A DNA stretch of 64,000 bases from contig OZ037768.1 of NCBI GenBank assembly GCA_964035545.1, positions 20,939,700 through 21,003,699 of the forward strand. The letters run 5' to 3'. Below, piece by piece: positions 13,207-27,600 of this stretch. Under the pieces are notes generated by a model, which had not been told where the DNA came from, did not search any database, and saw only the letters and a list, made by a program, of their open reading frames with translations. The stretch comes from Bugula neritina. Taxonomy: Eukaryota; Animalia; Bryozoa. Position 1 is the first letter of the stretch. Each line of letters starts with the position of its first letter. The position numbers and the translations under genes were made by a program.

Positions 13207-15417
13207 TTACATGTTCTGCTCAGGCATCACGTAGGAAATGTCATCCCAGGGATGTCTATATAGGCCTTGTTTCAGTCTCCTCTGGTCTAGATAGTGACCT
13301 TCAAAACAACAAGGAAAGAATTAGAGAAAACAGCAGGTAACAGACGGATAAATATAATATCAATAAGTCACAAGTCAAATGGTACAATTCAGATTATGTA
13401 AAAAACCTCACATAACAGGCTTATATTTAATTTTTAGAACGACAGATTGAATATATATAATATTTCAACATTTCAACATCTTTCTCAAAACCCAAGTAGT
13501 TGGAGCAAAGGACTGCTTCAGAGTAAATCATTCATTGTCTGAGGAATCAGAGCATGCGCTGATTGACAGCTGACAGAACCAATGACAACCTTTTCACCTC
13601 CGCTTTAATATTTTAAATGTAAATTACATTGTAAAATTTAAATTCCTTAAAAAGTAGAAAATTTTCTGAAATAGTGACCAAATGCAAAAAAACTTAGGTT
13701 TGGCTGATGAAAAAACGTGATTCGCTGACATGAATGAATTGAGCAGGTTCGCATTGAATGTGGATAGCCGTTCACATTTATTGATATTTTTTTCAAAACC
13801 CTCAGAAAATTGTAGCGCCATCAATCATTCTCCACAGTTGTGGAGGACACAGTAATGGCTTCAGTAGCCAAAAGAACGGCTACTGGGAAAAATATCATGT
13901 CTAAAAATAATCAATCAATTCTAAATTCATCACGTGAACATCTGATGATGTCATCAGTGGATCAGAATGCACTGACAAGATACAAACATACAGCCTTCTT
14001 CGCCAACTTCTTCTGCAATTACCTTGAGATACAAAGTATCAGCCAAGCCTGTGCCATACAAAGTTCACTATTCTGTTGTTTTAGATGTGGGAGCATTGTC
14101 AACGCTTACGCAGGATACTTTAAACGCTGAGAATTGCTAGTTGAAACCAGTTTAGGCGTCGAATAAAATGTTTTGACTGAGCGAGAATTGACATGTCCAA
14201 ATAAAGCCGAGCTACTCCGAGGAAGACTAACTTTCACACCCAATCAGCACGCAGAAGACAGGAAATACGAGGAAAATTGCACAGACTTAGCGAATCACAT
14301 CCCACAGCTGGCTGAGCACCACGGTGACTCATGTAGCCTTAGAGACAGTTACAGAACTCACCGATGAAGCCCATACTCCGTCCCAACACAAACAGACCGT
14401 TGAGGACTCCATTTTCTATCAGCTCCGTGGCCTCTTCCCTGGAACACACGTCACACAAACATGGAAGGAACTATAGTAAATGTTAACATGCAGTATGAAC
14501 CACAGTTCTTGTGTTTTAGTACAGCTTAGCGCATGTGAACCATGAGACCCTTACTGGGAAAGGATAAACTTTAGTATTGATATGTTGAATTGAAGTTCTG
14601 TTGCACAAATATGAAAGAGTTATACTATATTCGTTATTCACATACATGTAAGTCAATTATATACAGTACACATATGTATATATGTGTACTGTGTATAATT
14701 GACTTATAAGTGACATACAGTACATTATGAAGATAGTGTGCATCCAGTACGCATGTACTTAGATTCAGATAATGTATATACAGTAGACATGCACTTGCAT
14801 CATATACAGTAAGTACATACGTCCTTACATACCAATAGTGTTCATACAGTACATCATGCAGATAATGCACATACAGTACAAACGCACTTACACTTGGAAG
14901 AAATAAACATAGGTAAATAGATGTGACAGTAAACTACATGACATTTACCTGGTAAACAGGCCACTGTTACGCAAGAAGTCCACCATGGATACGGCGACGA
15001 ATCCGTCTACATTCAGTATGAGGTTGGGTTTCTACAACAGCACCAGACATGTTACCAGGGTTGGCCTGGCATCAGCCACCCGGTAACTCTACATCTACAA
15101 CAGCTATGAATATTAATCAGAGAGATTGATAAATAATTCTAACTTAGTCTGTGTAGGCAGTGATAAAATGGATTCCCTGCATTAATTTTTTAAAACTTAA
15201 AATTTTTATGTTAATATACCTGATTGTTCAGGTAGGTAATTGCTAATAATTTATGGGTGGAACAATAGAAAGTTATATTTGACATGGAGATAAAATAGAA
15301 GATGCCTTGATGGTAAATGTGGAAGTAGATTATTGGTAAAATTGCTAAATCACACCAACCTACATCTTCCTATTCAACTTACAATTCCTGCAACACTAAA
15401 AATAAACCCTAGAAAAT

Positions 15418-15502
<85 letters not shown>

Positions 15503-15557
15503 CAGTAGTGGTGGTAGTAGTGGTAGTAGTAGTAGCAGTAGTAGTAGTAGTACTAGT

Positions 15558-15631
<74 letters not shown>

Positions 15632-18600
15632 CAGTAGTGGTGGTAGTAGTGGTAGTAGTAGTAGCAGTAGTAGTAGTAGTACTAGTAGCAGCAGCAGCAG
15701 CAGTAGCAGCAGTAGTAGTAGTAGTAGTAGTAGTAGTAGCAGTAGTGGTGGTAGTAGTGGTAGTAGTAGTAGCAGTAGTAGTAGTAGTAGTACTAGTAGC
15801 AGCAGCAGTAGTAGTAGCGGTAGTAGTAGCAGTGGTAGTTGTTGTAGAACTAATAGTAGCAGCAGCAGTAGTAGTAGTAGCAGTAGCAGTAGTACTAGTA
15901 GTGGTAGTAGTAGTAGCGGTAGTAGTAGCAGCAGCAGTAGTACTAGTAGTGGTAATAGTAACAGCTTTACAGACTCAGCAGTTATGATGAACATATGAAT
16001 GACGGAAGCGCTACATGGTTATTTTGAATTTTCTTGATTTGCTCCACAGTTGAGCAAATCAGCACTCCTGTGTCACCTGGGAGCATGCACATGCAGGTAA
16101 GTGTTTGCCAGTTGGACAGTGCACACTAATAGCAAGGATATCAAGTGCAAGGTGATGTACAGTATGATGAGGTAAGAGAGTACTTCACCTTAGATGTCGT
16201 TATCTTTTCCACCTCGAGGGCATAGTCTAACAAGGGGGTGGCTGGGAAATTATCTTTCACATATTCCTTCAGTATTTGAACTCTTTTATCAGGATTATTG
16301 ATCTGTGAAAAATTTAACAGTTTAGTACATAATTTAATAAAATCAAAACAAAACAATAATTTTTATCAGTATGCAGAGGGTAATTTAATATAATTCCTGC
16401 TCTGTTTAGCATATTCCGCTTTTCAAGTCATAGTTTTTACTCCAATTTTGTTTCCAAAACTTGTTCACTTTGAAAAGTTATTGCATACTTTTGTTGACAT
16501 AAATGTACTCGTTGACCACTGATGGAATGCCAGATACACAGACAGGCTGAGTGTCTAAACAGGGCCGCGACTTGCTGACTAATGAATCTTAGGCTGCCGA
16601 TAAATAGGTTTTGGGAGAGAAAGTACCGGAATAGAGAGTTAGACAAGTAGAGTAGCTGCACTGTCCTGTCGTCACCAGATATCAGCAGGCATAAACAAAA
16701 ATATTTGAGGCAAAAAACTGTGGTTTGTCAGCCTAGCTGCTCAATTTAAAGTGTGGGAACATTCTTAAATGGACCAGATAGGCCAACACACAAACACCAA
16801 TTATTTTATTAGTTTTTATAGGACACTAATAAGATGACAGACGTGCAACTTGTTACAATGACATCTAATAATAAACCCTGTGAGTTTCAATAAAATGGCT
16901 GCCTGCATACATTATAATTGAGGTGGCGCTTTAGCTTAGATAGTATGTGTATTAACTGCTAATGTAACGGGCATTGTCCATCCGCCTCACAAAAAGAAAA
17001 CGCAAAAAAGCAACAATTCATTATGTAAATTCAATTGAAATATTCAATGCAGACATACGCTTAGAAAAGCACAAATTATATCAGCTCAATGCAACTATTG
17101 CACCTCACAGAAAACCTCAACCCACTAGCAGTATCTGAACTTTGCATTCATTTTCAATTTTAGTAAAAAACAAAACAAAACATTTACGGAAATTTTCAAC
17201 AGAATAATAGATTGGCAGCTTCATTAAGAACTGGATAAGGCAGATAACAGGATTGGATGTTTTCAAGGTCAATTAAATGTTTAGTGACAGAATTTAACAG
17301 AAGCAGCAGCTTCTATAACATGGTATATCATTGAATAACATGGTATAGCATACTATTTAATATTATAATAACTATATCATATCATTCAATATTATAACCA
17401 TATCACGTTATTGAGGAAAATGATATTATATTATATTATTGAATAATATAATACATAATTATATCACACCATTGAACACAATAAGAATTATACTGTATTA
17501 TTGAATAACATGTTATTATACATATCATTGAATAATATAATAATTATATAATCGAATTAAATACCCACTAAAGCCAGTTACAGTAAATTACTGGTGACGC
17601 AGTATTAGCAGGTCTACACACCGACTTAACTCTGTGACCAATTCCCATTATGAGTTGTCCCTTCTTTCTCATACTGTTGACAAACTCCATGGGAATCATG
17701 CCAGTGTCCAACGCCTCACTGAATTGTTTGGCAGCGTCGTCTAGCGCCCCTCCAAACCTATCTCCCTAAAAATAGAGGCTACATATGTGAATAAATGTAC
17801 ATATTGAACTATAAGGAAGTTTTAGTTTATTGAACAAAACTATGAAGATGCATGAAGTTGGAGTTAAACATTTCCTAGTTTTGTCTAAGAGGTGAATTCG
17901 TTTTCAGTTTTAATAAAAATGAAAACATTGGAAGAAATGCAAATTGACTTGAAGGTTCTAATGACCCACCTTACGACAAAAAAAATTTGTAAGTGAGCAA
18001 AATTAAAACATGTTGAAAGCAAATATAGCTGTGAGATTTGGGCTAACCTTTTCACAGAATAAAATTATCAAAACTTCCTACAAGGAAAACATACTCACGG
18101 CACTAAAAGTGGACACAAGTTGGCAGTGGCAAAAAAGTTTGGATTTAGACCAAAATGTTGAAATCGTATTTTTCTTATTGAATATATTATGAAATGTTAC
18201 CAATAATTTGGGGTGGGAACTTCAAAATATACAGTCAAGAGAATTTGTGATATGGCCATCTAGGTAAAGGCCTGGTCTAGCTTACACTTATCAGGATTCT
18301 ATGCATATGTTGAGTATGTTATAATAGGCCTCTTATTATTCTAAGCATTACAGAGGTGTTGATATGTTTATTTGTTATTTGTGCAATTAAATTTACTTAT
18401 TAAAATTAATAATAATAATAATAATAATAATGAGCGATATTCTACACTTGACACCAGCAATAAAATTACTATTTAAACTAAATAAACTATGATAAAGTAT
18501 AACTGATGAGATTTTTATTTTCTGATTGAGTTACATAAAAATAATCTTTTGACAGAAACAAGAATTGCAAAAAAAGAAAACTGTTTTTGTTAATACAGAA

Positions 18601-21600
18601 TTACTAGAATTAAAGAGTATACAAACAGACTTTACCCTGAGTTTTCCATTCTAAAATGGCGCAAGATATTGGAACAAGACAAATAATTAGGTTTTCAATC
18701 AAAATGCCAAAACAAGTGATTTAGAGGGAAGTTTTTACCCGGATATCAGTTTAAACAGTCATCCACATTTGAAGCTGAAATAGTTTATAATAGCTGCTCT
18801 AAGACTCTGTGTGGTTATGAATAGCAGTTTTTCTTACAGAAATATCAACAAAAAGACAAAATACGAGTATGAAAGGCCTACATTGTAACACTGTCTAAAG
18901 AGACTATAATATTGTTTCACATGGCAATAAATACATACGATGGTGAGGAGTCCAGAAGTAAGACTGGAGACAAGATCCTTGCCTGCTCTGGCACACACGA
19001 TAGTGTTGTGTGCTCCAGACACTGCTGGGCCATGATCTGCCGTCACCATCAGTATCATCTCTATAAACTTCGTAGCATATGCTGGCAATCTGAAATATTT
19101 ACATGGAATCTCAATCTAGAAAGAGTACACTAATCTAAATTTACTTGTGAAGTAATAATTTCATCATCAAATACCACAGGCAAGTCAACTTAGTTTACTT
19201 CTACAGTCTAGAAATAAGGATCACTAAGATTTGCAGTTTGCTGAGAATATAGCCTCAAAAATAACTTCTAAACAGACAGTGTAAAATGGGGTCTGAAGAG
19301 GAATAAGTTGATTATGAGCCCTTGCATTAAATATAAAATCTGCACTTTTCTTGTACGCACAGTGTTTTTGAGCAATAGTAGCTAATCAAAAGCATAAAAA
19401 ATAGTGGGACAAATGTTTTAATAGAACAAAAAACTTAGTTACAAAAAACAACTCTAAGATGAACTCACTGCCAATCAACTCTCAACCCTGATTTGTACTA
19501 CAGTGCATGACCAGAGACCAATATTTATGTTGTTATTGAGTAAATAAAAACGAAACTTTGTAAAACATTTGTAAATTTTTGTTGGATACTAAGGCTAAAG
19601 GCCACCCTGAGGCTAATTGTTTTCTTAAAGTGAAACAGCATCAAATTAATGTGTATTGTAACAATATGTGTGCAGATTTGTAATCCAGCACACTAGAAAC
19701 AATTCACTGATTTCTTTCAAAACTATACACAAATATACCAACTTGAGCCAGAAAGAGATTTCACATTGATACATTTGGATCGCGGAATTACTAATGAGTG
19801 TAAACATCAGCTAGGATTCTGAAATATTTACTTTAACTAAATCTGAACCAACACTGAAAATATCTGTACCCATGCTAGGAAGAGCTGTGTGCTGTTAATC
19901 CTACTAGTAGTGGTGTTTAGGATTAATGGCATACCAATGCCAACACAGATTTCTAAGCGTATAGTAATTAATTGCTTTGCAGCAGTTTGTACATTGATGA
20001 CGTTGACATGAGATCTTTGGTATAAGCATGAAGAGATTAAACTATGCTTGGAATGAACAAATCTTGTTGTGATGCCAACAAGTGCAGTACTGTAAGCCAA
20101 GAGAAGACTACTCTGACATTTACTTTGAAGTTTTTTTATAAAAAATACTTCGAATGTTTTAAGAAGTTTATTAAATAATAGATGATTTACCAAATAGTTC
20201 ATTGTTTAGGACTAAAACTAAAAATGCCGAGTTTGTACCAAATAACTTTTTACATTTAAATTCTAGGAATACCATAGCTTGGCCATAGCCAAGTTTTCCC
20301 AAGTGACCTACCTAATATGTAATAGTAATTATGACTTGTTTACTAATGAACAGATAGCTGGTAAATAACATTACATTAAATCTTATTTTAATATATCACA
20401 GTTCAATGCATTTCTCCAACATAAATGTATGGATATATTGTTATCAACACTGTTTTTCAAAAGTAGAAGCCTGGCAAGCTCTTTCTAGTTCTGTACAGGA
20501 CAGTAAAGCACAATGTGCACTGGCTTGTTCTATTACTGAGTAGATATAAGCTAAGATATGTTTATATAAAACAGGCCTATTATATGTACGATTGGAAAAT
20601 TTATTATTTTGTCAACATGTTCTAAAAAGGACAAAGCTTGATGTGTTACAAGTACACTGACACTAAGGTCCCATGCAAGATCGTGATTTCCAACAATATC
20701 TGATGTGCATGGTGAAAAGCTGCCTTCATACAACAGACAAGATTTGGTCAGGCAAAATAGTAGATGGAAAAGACTATTTTATTTCTTTCCATAACTTGAT
20801 GCAATGAAGTCGAAAATGTTTGGCGAAAAATTGTTAAAGAAAGTAATGCATGGCATTTTTTAGTGATCTTTGCTTTTATCTGTAGCAAATAAAACAATTT
20901 ACAATTAAAAGAGTGTACTCTGATAAAATCATGGAAGAGCTGGTCACGTTTCAGGAGCCGGCAGACGAGAGGACAGCATGACGCTGTGACCTTGACATAT
21001 AGAGTAGAATATGACATATACCGTTCAACTCGACATTGGCACCAGACACAAATATGTCATAAGGGCAGGCAGCTAAAAATGGACAATCTCAGCAGGCAGC
21101 CAGTGCACATACCGAGTCCTGTCAGCTGTCAGACAGCGTTAGTTGGTCGAGATGCAGAAGCTGTCCTTGAGTTGCATCACTTGAGGTCGTCGAACGTGTA
21201 CTTAGGCAACTTATTTTAACCAGTTCATTTTTGAATAAGTTTTGGAACTCTAATTCACAGCGAGTTTCAATTAATACAATGACTTTAAAAAAATGTCTTT
21301 TCAAGAAAATTAAAACTTTATTAAAGTATTACAGATATAATTTAATAGCAACAGGAAGAAGATGCTAAAACACATCAGGGAGTTCTAAATTTCATTGAAA
21401 TTTAATTCAAATTGGATATTAAACTTTAATAAAGAGGCAATTATTTATCAATTTATGTTTAATAGATTACCACACAATAATTTTAATTAGTATTATCTTA
21501 GAATAATAACTTTGGAATATACAGATTAGCGTTAATCTGTGTCAACATTTTATTTTTATTAGATGTCAGCGGACAGACCTGACAATGCAAGTCTCAAGGA

Positions 21601-24600
21601 TAAGAAGGTGCACTTTGACCTATAAGAAAAGTTGCCGGTAGTAGAGAGATACCTCGTACCATGTAAGACTCGAAGCTAAGAACACTTGCTTAAAGTTATT
21701 GAAATAGTCCTAGATAATCCCCAGAGCTGATGTTCTTCATTCTCGCTTAATGGTGGAGCAGCTGCACAGTGCACGTTTTACGAGATTCCAATAGCGCAAA
21801 AAGATTAAGCTGGCGTATTTGAATATGGTATCAATGTGAGGTGCCTCGTAGGCAAGATGACCATCGAGTTTAATAATGAAGATTGTACCGGAGTTATTAC
21901 ATAAATGTGACAGAATGACTGATGACGTTATGTCATAGAGAAAGAGAGAGTGTGCGCGAGATGATAAATGACTACTTGATAACATACATAAAAAAGCATG
22001 TACATTACAAGCAAGTTATAAATCACTTGTACTATAAATACAAGTTAATTTATCACACACCTACTTGCATAACTGGAAATACCTGCGCTGGAACCACAGA
22101 AGTCCTAGAACTCCGCCTATACCCAAGTCGTCCTTGAATATGTCAGTGATGGGGATACCTGCGTAGAGAAGGTCCTGCCCTCTTTCATCACAAATACTTG
22201 TCATAAAAGAAGCCGGTTTACGTATCAAACCCAATTCCTGAAACATTGGAAAAGCCATTGGAAATGTATGGAAGGCAGAGGAGATGAGGGGGGTATGTGG
22301 AGGGGAGAAAGAGTGGTATGTGAAGGAGAAAGAGTGGGTATGAGGAGGGGAAAGGGGGGTATGTGAAGGAGATAAGAGGAGGTATGTGGAGAGGAGAGAA
22401 GATGGTATGTAAAAGAGAAAGAGTGGTATGTGGAAGAGATAGAGGGGGTCATATAAAAGGAGACAGAGGAAATTTTTCTGAAAGAGCAGTAAAAAGTACT
22501 TTAAGAAGATGAAGACGAGGTGATTAAAAAAAGCATTTTGCAAAAAAGTGGATGATTTTCAAGAGCTGTTGACTACAGAGAATGGATGCAAAAGTAGCAA
22601 AATCTTAACATTTTTTGACATAACCACTGGAGATAGGAGATAAAAAGTAGATGTATGGACAAACATGAGAAAACAGATCAAAGACGTCTCATACCAGAAC
22701 AAAGGAAGGAGCGTACGAAGGAAGCTGAGCGGAGTGGATCGTAATGGAATAACATTAATGATGGTGAATAGGGGACATTTTCTCACGCCAACCTTTAAAG
22801 GGTTAGAAACTAATAACTATTAAATATTTAGATTTATTTTTTATAACTAGTCATTCCTTAATATACCGCAGGAATTATATACGTGTCATGCTGTCAACAT
22901 AATGCAGACCAAAGGAAATAAAAACTTGCAGCTTTTGTTTCATTCTTTTAATGCACGAAGAATATAAACACTATTGGAGTTGTGAGAATGAAGTGAACGC
23001 AGTCTAACGACACCCCAACACCTGATATCTGAGATTGACGCATGCCATTCTGATAAACCACTTGCTAGATTTAGCTGCATAGTAAGCTGGGTGACAGGTT
23101 GACATTAACACAAGGATGTGTTTGGAGAGACAAGCAACTGACTAGTAGGAATTGTCTTCTATTATTCCAGGATGTAGTTGGGTAGTGGCGATGACGAAGC
23201 AGCTACATGGCAGAAGGCAGGTGAGAGAAATTAATACAACGTTGGTAAGGATAATCGTATCAGAGTGCACGCCCTTCTGTCTTGACTTACTCCTAGTTTA
23301 ACAAACAACGGTAAGGATTATCCAAGTCATTCAGTGTTTTTCTGAATACACTGTTCAGTATCTACATACAAGGATGCAGGCTATCTGTATTACAGGTTCT
23401 AGCAGAGTGAATGGTGCGGGGACCACATCATTTGCAGTTCATAAGCTATGAATCACGCTAAGCTGTGTAAATTCCACCATGATGGACAAACATTTCCATG
23501 AGCTTGTTGCAATATACTTTTTAATTGAAACTAATATTACTTTACTTTATTCTTTAGCTTCTGTTGGACAAAACATATAGTAGAAAACTTGTGAAATAGT
23601 AAAGTTCATTGATTTGACCAGTTTTGCTACTGAAAGTAATACATATTCCAATTAGCTGAATAATCAATTCTTAAATCACAAAATTATTCAATTTATTTAT
23701 GCTAAGCCAGGCTCAAGGTCAAAATTAAAGTTCATGATAGTAACAGGATTTACGTAACAATGAGATAGCCAGTTATCCAATAGAAATCGATGTAACAAAC
23801 ACATATATTTGAGAAAGTTGTATGTCAAGAGAATCTGGAGAAAAGATGGGAAGAGGATTGGAAAAGGATTAGCTGGTGACAGGCCATTTCCAACAACAAA
23901 CAATGTCATTATAAAAACTGCACTGCGAGAGTTATTACACTAATTCAAGTGTAGAGAAAGATGACGTGAGGAATGAGAAGAAGATGAATGGCCATCAACG
24001 ATCGTTGCAAATTAAAATGATAATAATAAATTGAGGATAATACCAGAGTAAAAGGCAACTAATACAATAATAAAATTATTTTAATAAACCTACATCATAA
24101 AATATTAAGTATGGCCGGATTGGGATTAGCGACGGTGAAGGTTTTATGGGACAGAGAGGACCGTGTCAACAGCATGGTGCAGAGTGACATAGGAGGGCAT
24201 ATGGGGAGAGAAGAGGGGTTCTGTTGAACAGCGCCATTGTCTCCTTATACTATGTCCACGCAGCTAGCTTTATTTACACTGATTAATGCTTATTGATTGA
24301 GAAGTAGTCTGAAACTTGCCAAAAAAAGACAAGATAATGTTAAAATGTAATTTTATAGAGCATCTTTTCAAGATACGCATTCCAAGAAGACACTTGGTTT
24401 GAAAATTTAAATTCAATGAATAATAAAAATCTATGGAATTCTGCCCAAATCGAAACTTGTGAGAGGCATATTGAGATGTCTGATGATATGGTAAAACACT
24501 GACCCTAGCCCAGTTGAAGTCCATGGGTACAGTAGGGGGCGTCACCTCAGGCCTCTCAACAATGTCTCCTTTACCAACAAGCTCTGTGTAGATGTCTCTG

Positions 24601-27600
24601 TAAAGATACAGCACTGTCACACGTGTAATCAAACACTACCTACTGAGAAAGTGCTATGCACACCTGCTAATACTACAAACCTGTCCAAAATTAAAAGTAT
24701 CAACTTTGGAAAGTTATCAAAACATTTTTTATTTTCAATTCTATGCCACATTTACAAAACAAATATAAAACTTAAAAGAAACGAGGTACTAACCTGATTA
24801 CATCGCCCAAGTCATTGAAGCTGTCCGGAACAGCAGCACCCGCCAACTTTAAGGCTTTATTCTTAGCGGCAGCCGTCTCATTCTCTGCATTGGCAGAGGC
24901 ACCAGCGTGCCCAAACTGCACCTGTTGAAGGCATAGAACTTAGACTACAACATGACTGCTTGACATTGGAGGGTTTAGAATGCCTCTGGGATGAAAATCA
25001 GCACAGAGCTTCGCCCTGCCGCGCATACATTTCTCTTACCTTTACACTCAGGCATGTATTATTTTCAACTAGAACTCTGCACCTAGATAATCTCATAACT
25101 CGTTAACAAAGGGCTAGAAAGCCCTACCATACATACTATTAACATAACTGTCAGCGCTGAGAAATGTATCACCAGCAGTTGTGACATAACTGGTGGTAAT
25201 AAATTATAATTATCATAATATATAAAACATTACATAATGAGCAAATCCAAATAAAGAATGATTATACATAGAAAAAAAGGTAATTCCTTAATCCTTTTGA
25301 GTAAATTGTTATACCAGGTAGAAAATTTTAGTGGACGAAAAACTATTTTTTAGAAACCTTTTGAATAACATGCTAATTAGTGACAAAATTGTAAACATCA
25401 ACACCTTTGAAACATATAATGCGGCAACTTAATGATATTTTTGAAAAAAAAATTAATTCTAATACGTTTTGCATGCTAGAAATATAATCTACAATGTAGT
25501 GCCATCTAAACTTACGCAAGGTGCTCTTAGGACACCTTTGGGCTCATATCATAGAAGTTATGTCACCGAAATAAACAAGTGCTAGGTGGTGCGGTAGCTG
25601 AAATATTTACCTTTGAAGATCTACAATTATTGAAAAACAATTTTCCTCAACTAACGGACTTACATCTGAAGTGAACATGGAGGCGCATGTGCCGATACAC
25701 CAGCAGACCATTCTCTTAGTGATACGACCGCTTCGTATTCCCTCACAGATGTCATACTCCTCCCGGCCACCCACCTGTGGCAGAGGAGAAAAACAGGAAA
25801 TACAAAACTGTACAACTCGGCAACATGTTTGCCATACGGTAAAGTCCCCATCGACCTATGTACTGGATGCAATCACACCAAGACAATAAAAATATGAATG
25901 AAACAGGTTTGCCAAGGGGAGGGCAGATCAAAGAAATAGAGCTCTACACTCAGCCTACCATCATGTGTGCTAATCAGTAAACATAGATATTAATAATTAA
26001 TTCTTTAATCCACAGGTGCTGGTTCAGAGTAATCTCAGTTTCAATGAATCAGTAAATATGAAATAAACAAAGTAGGTATAATGTTCAGCTAGCCCCCTTG
26101 CCACAGTTCACACAAGTAGTGTACGGACCAACATTTCTCTATCATTTTTGAGGAGTTGCCAGGATTAAAAGTTTAGAAATGAGAAGGAAAACTCTTTGTT
26201 ACAAGCTATGCAATAACATGTTGTGATATAATATCATGAAGTATAAATAAAGTAATAAATTATTAATGGAGGAATTGAGTCGTTTCCTACAGTTATGAAA
26301 CATATCATAAACATATACATATCTATGAATATCGTATAATATGAAACATATATCATAAACATATCCACAAACATATACATACATTTACATACCTACATAC
26401 ACATACAGTCATGCATGCACACCTACAAACATACCTACAAACATACCTACACAGTGCTCCCTCAATATCTCAATAAGCTAAGGTCTCAAAACCTCAATTT
26501 GTGACATAGTAGAATACCAGATTCCGTGGATCTTTTAAATTTGGCCATTTTATCGTTATATTATGCACATAAGTTACAAAGCGGGGTCCAAGCCCGTCTC
26601 GTGATCCATAGTATTCCGTAAGATATGGAGGAAGCACTGTATGAAGATGGTATACATGGCTGCATATATTACATGTAACCTACCTCCCCGAGTACTATGA
26701 TTATCTTCACATCAGGCTCAGCCTCGTACCGCAATACATGGTCCATGAATGTAGAGCCGGGATATCTACGCAGTAGAAGATATTTACATGAATAAACATC
26801 ATCCAACAACCAAATGTGTTCAGTTTTTGCTGTCCAAGTGCTCGACTTTTGATATATAGAAATTATTTTATTCATGGTAACTGTGTTCCTCTATGTCAGC
26901 AGTGATCTAGCTCAAAGGTGACAAAGATGAATAGCTGTTATTATGCTAGCCACAAGTTTACTTGTTGTCATGCTACTATTTTTAGCTGCATATGCAAAGA
27001 CCATAACGCTTATGAATGAGTATTAGAAACTGGTGTATCATCTTTGAGTGCTTAAATTCAGCTGGCCAGATAATCTGCTTGGCCATTAATTGAAATTCAA
27101 ATTAATTTCAAATAAAAAATGCAAAAAATCAGAGAAATAATTGTCACTAGTGATAAAAGTGAATTATGATGAAACAGTTTCTCACACTGTCAATTAAAGT
27201 CCAATAAAAGTGACACGTGTGTCACCGCCAGACCACCCGCGTGACACCACCAGACCACCCAGTAGTGCAGCGCCACACACCAGGGGGCTGATACGAGACC
27301 CAAGAGACTCGGCACACAAACTGATTAGCTTACTGGAGTTGTAAGCCCATGACAGAAACCTAAACAGAGCTGTGAAAGAAAGGTTAGAAAGAGAGATAAC
27401 TCCTATCACGTACACACAGTTGCAAGTAGGGAATGGTGATTCTGCCGAAAGTGAAGCCATTAAGCAACTAATATTGTGTTCAGAAACGCACAATATGAAA
27501 ACTATACAGTTATACGAGTTCTCCCGGTGACTAGGCACTCAGCATTTGATTGGAACACTAAAAACAGTTGTTATTGGGTCTGCTTGATTATTTGGAAAAG

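Noticed and set aside
13945-13976. Box C/D snoRNA (TGATGA...CTGA)
   Set aside because: Too short, antisense to the host gene, no terminal stem.
15333-15998. Long poly-Ser, poly-Leu and poly-Val ORFs (also 59550-59840)
   Set aside because: Translations of AGT/AGC microsatellites, open in several frames, with no gene structure.
19871-20011. Signal-peptide-like + strand frame ([30 protein letters not shown]...)
   Set aside because: No in-frame ATG or convincing acceptor upstream of the hydrophobic stretch.
23171-23460. Antisense exon-like segments in an ACLY intron
   Set aside because: Splice-like sites are present but no coherent ORF could be assembled.
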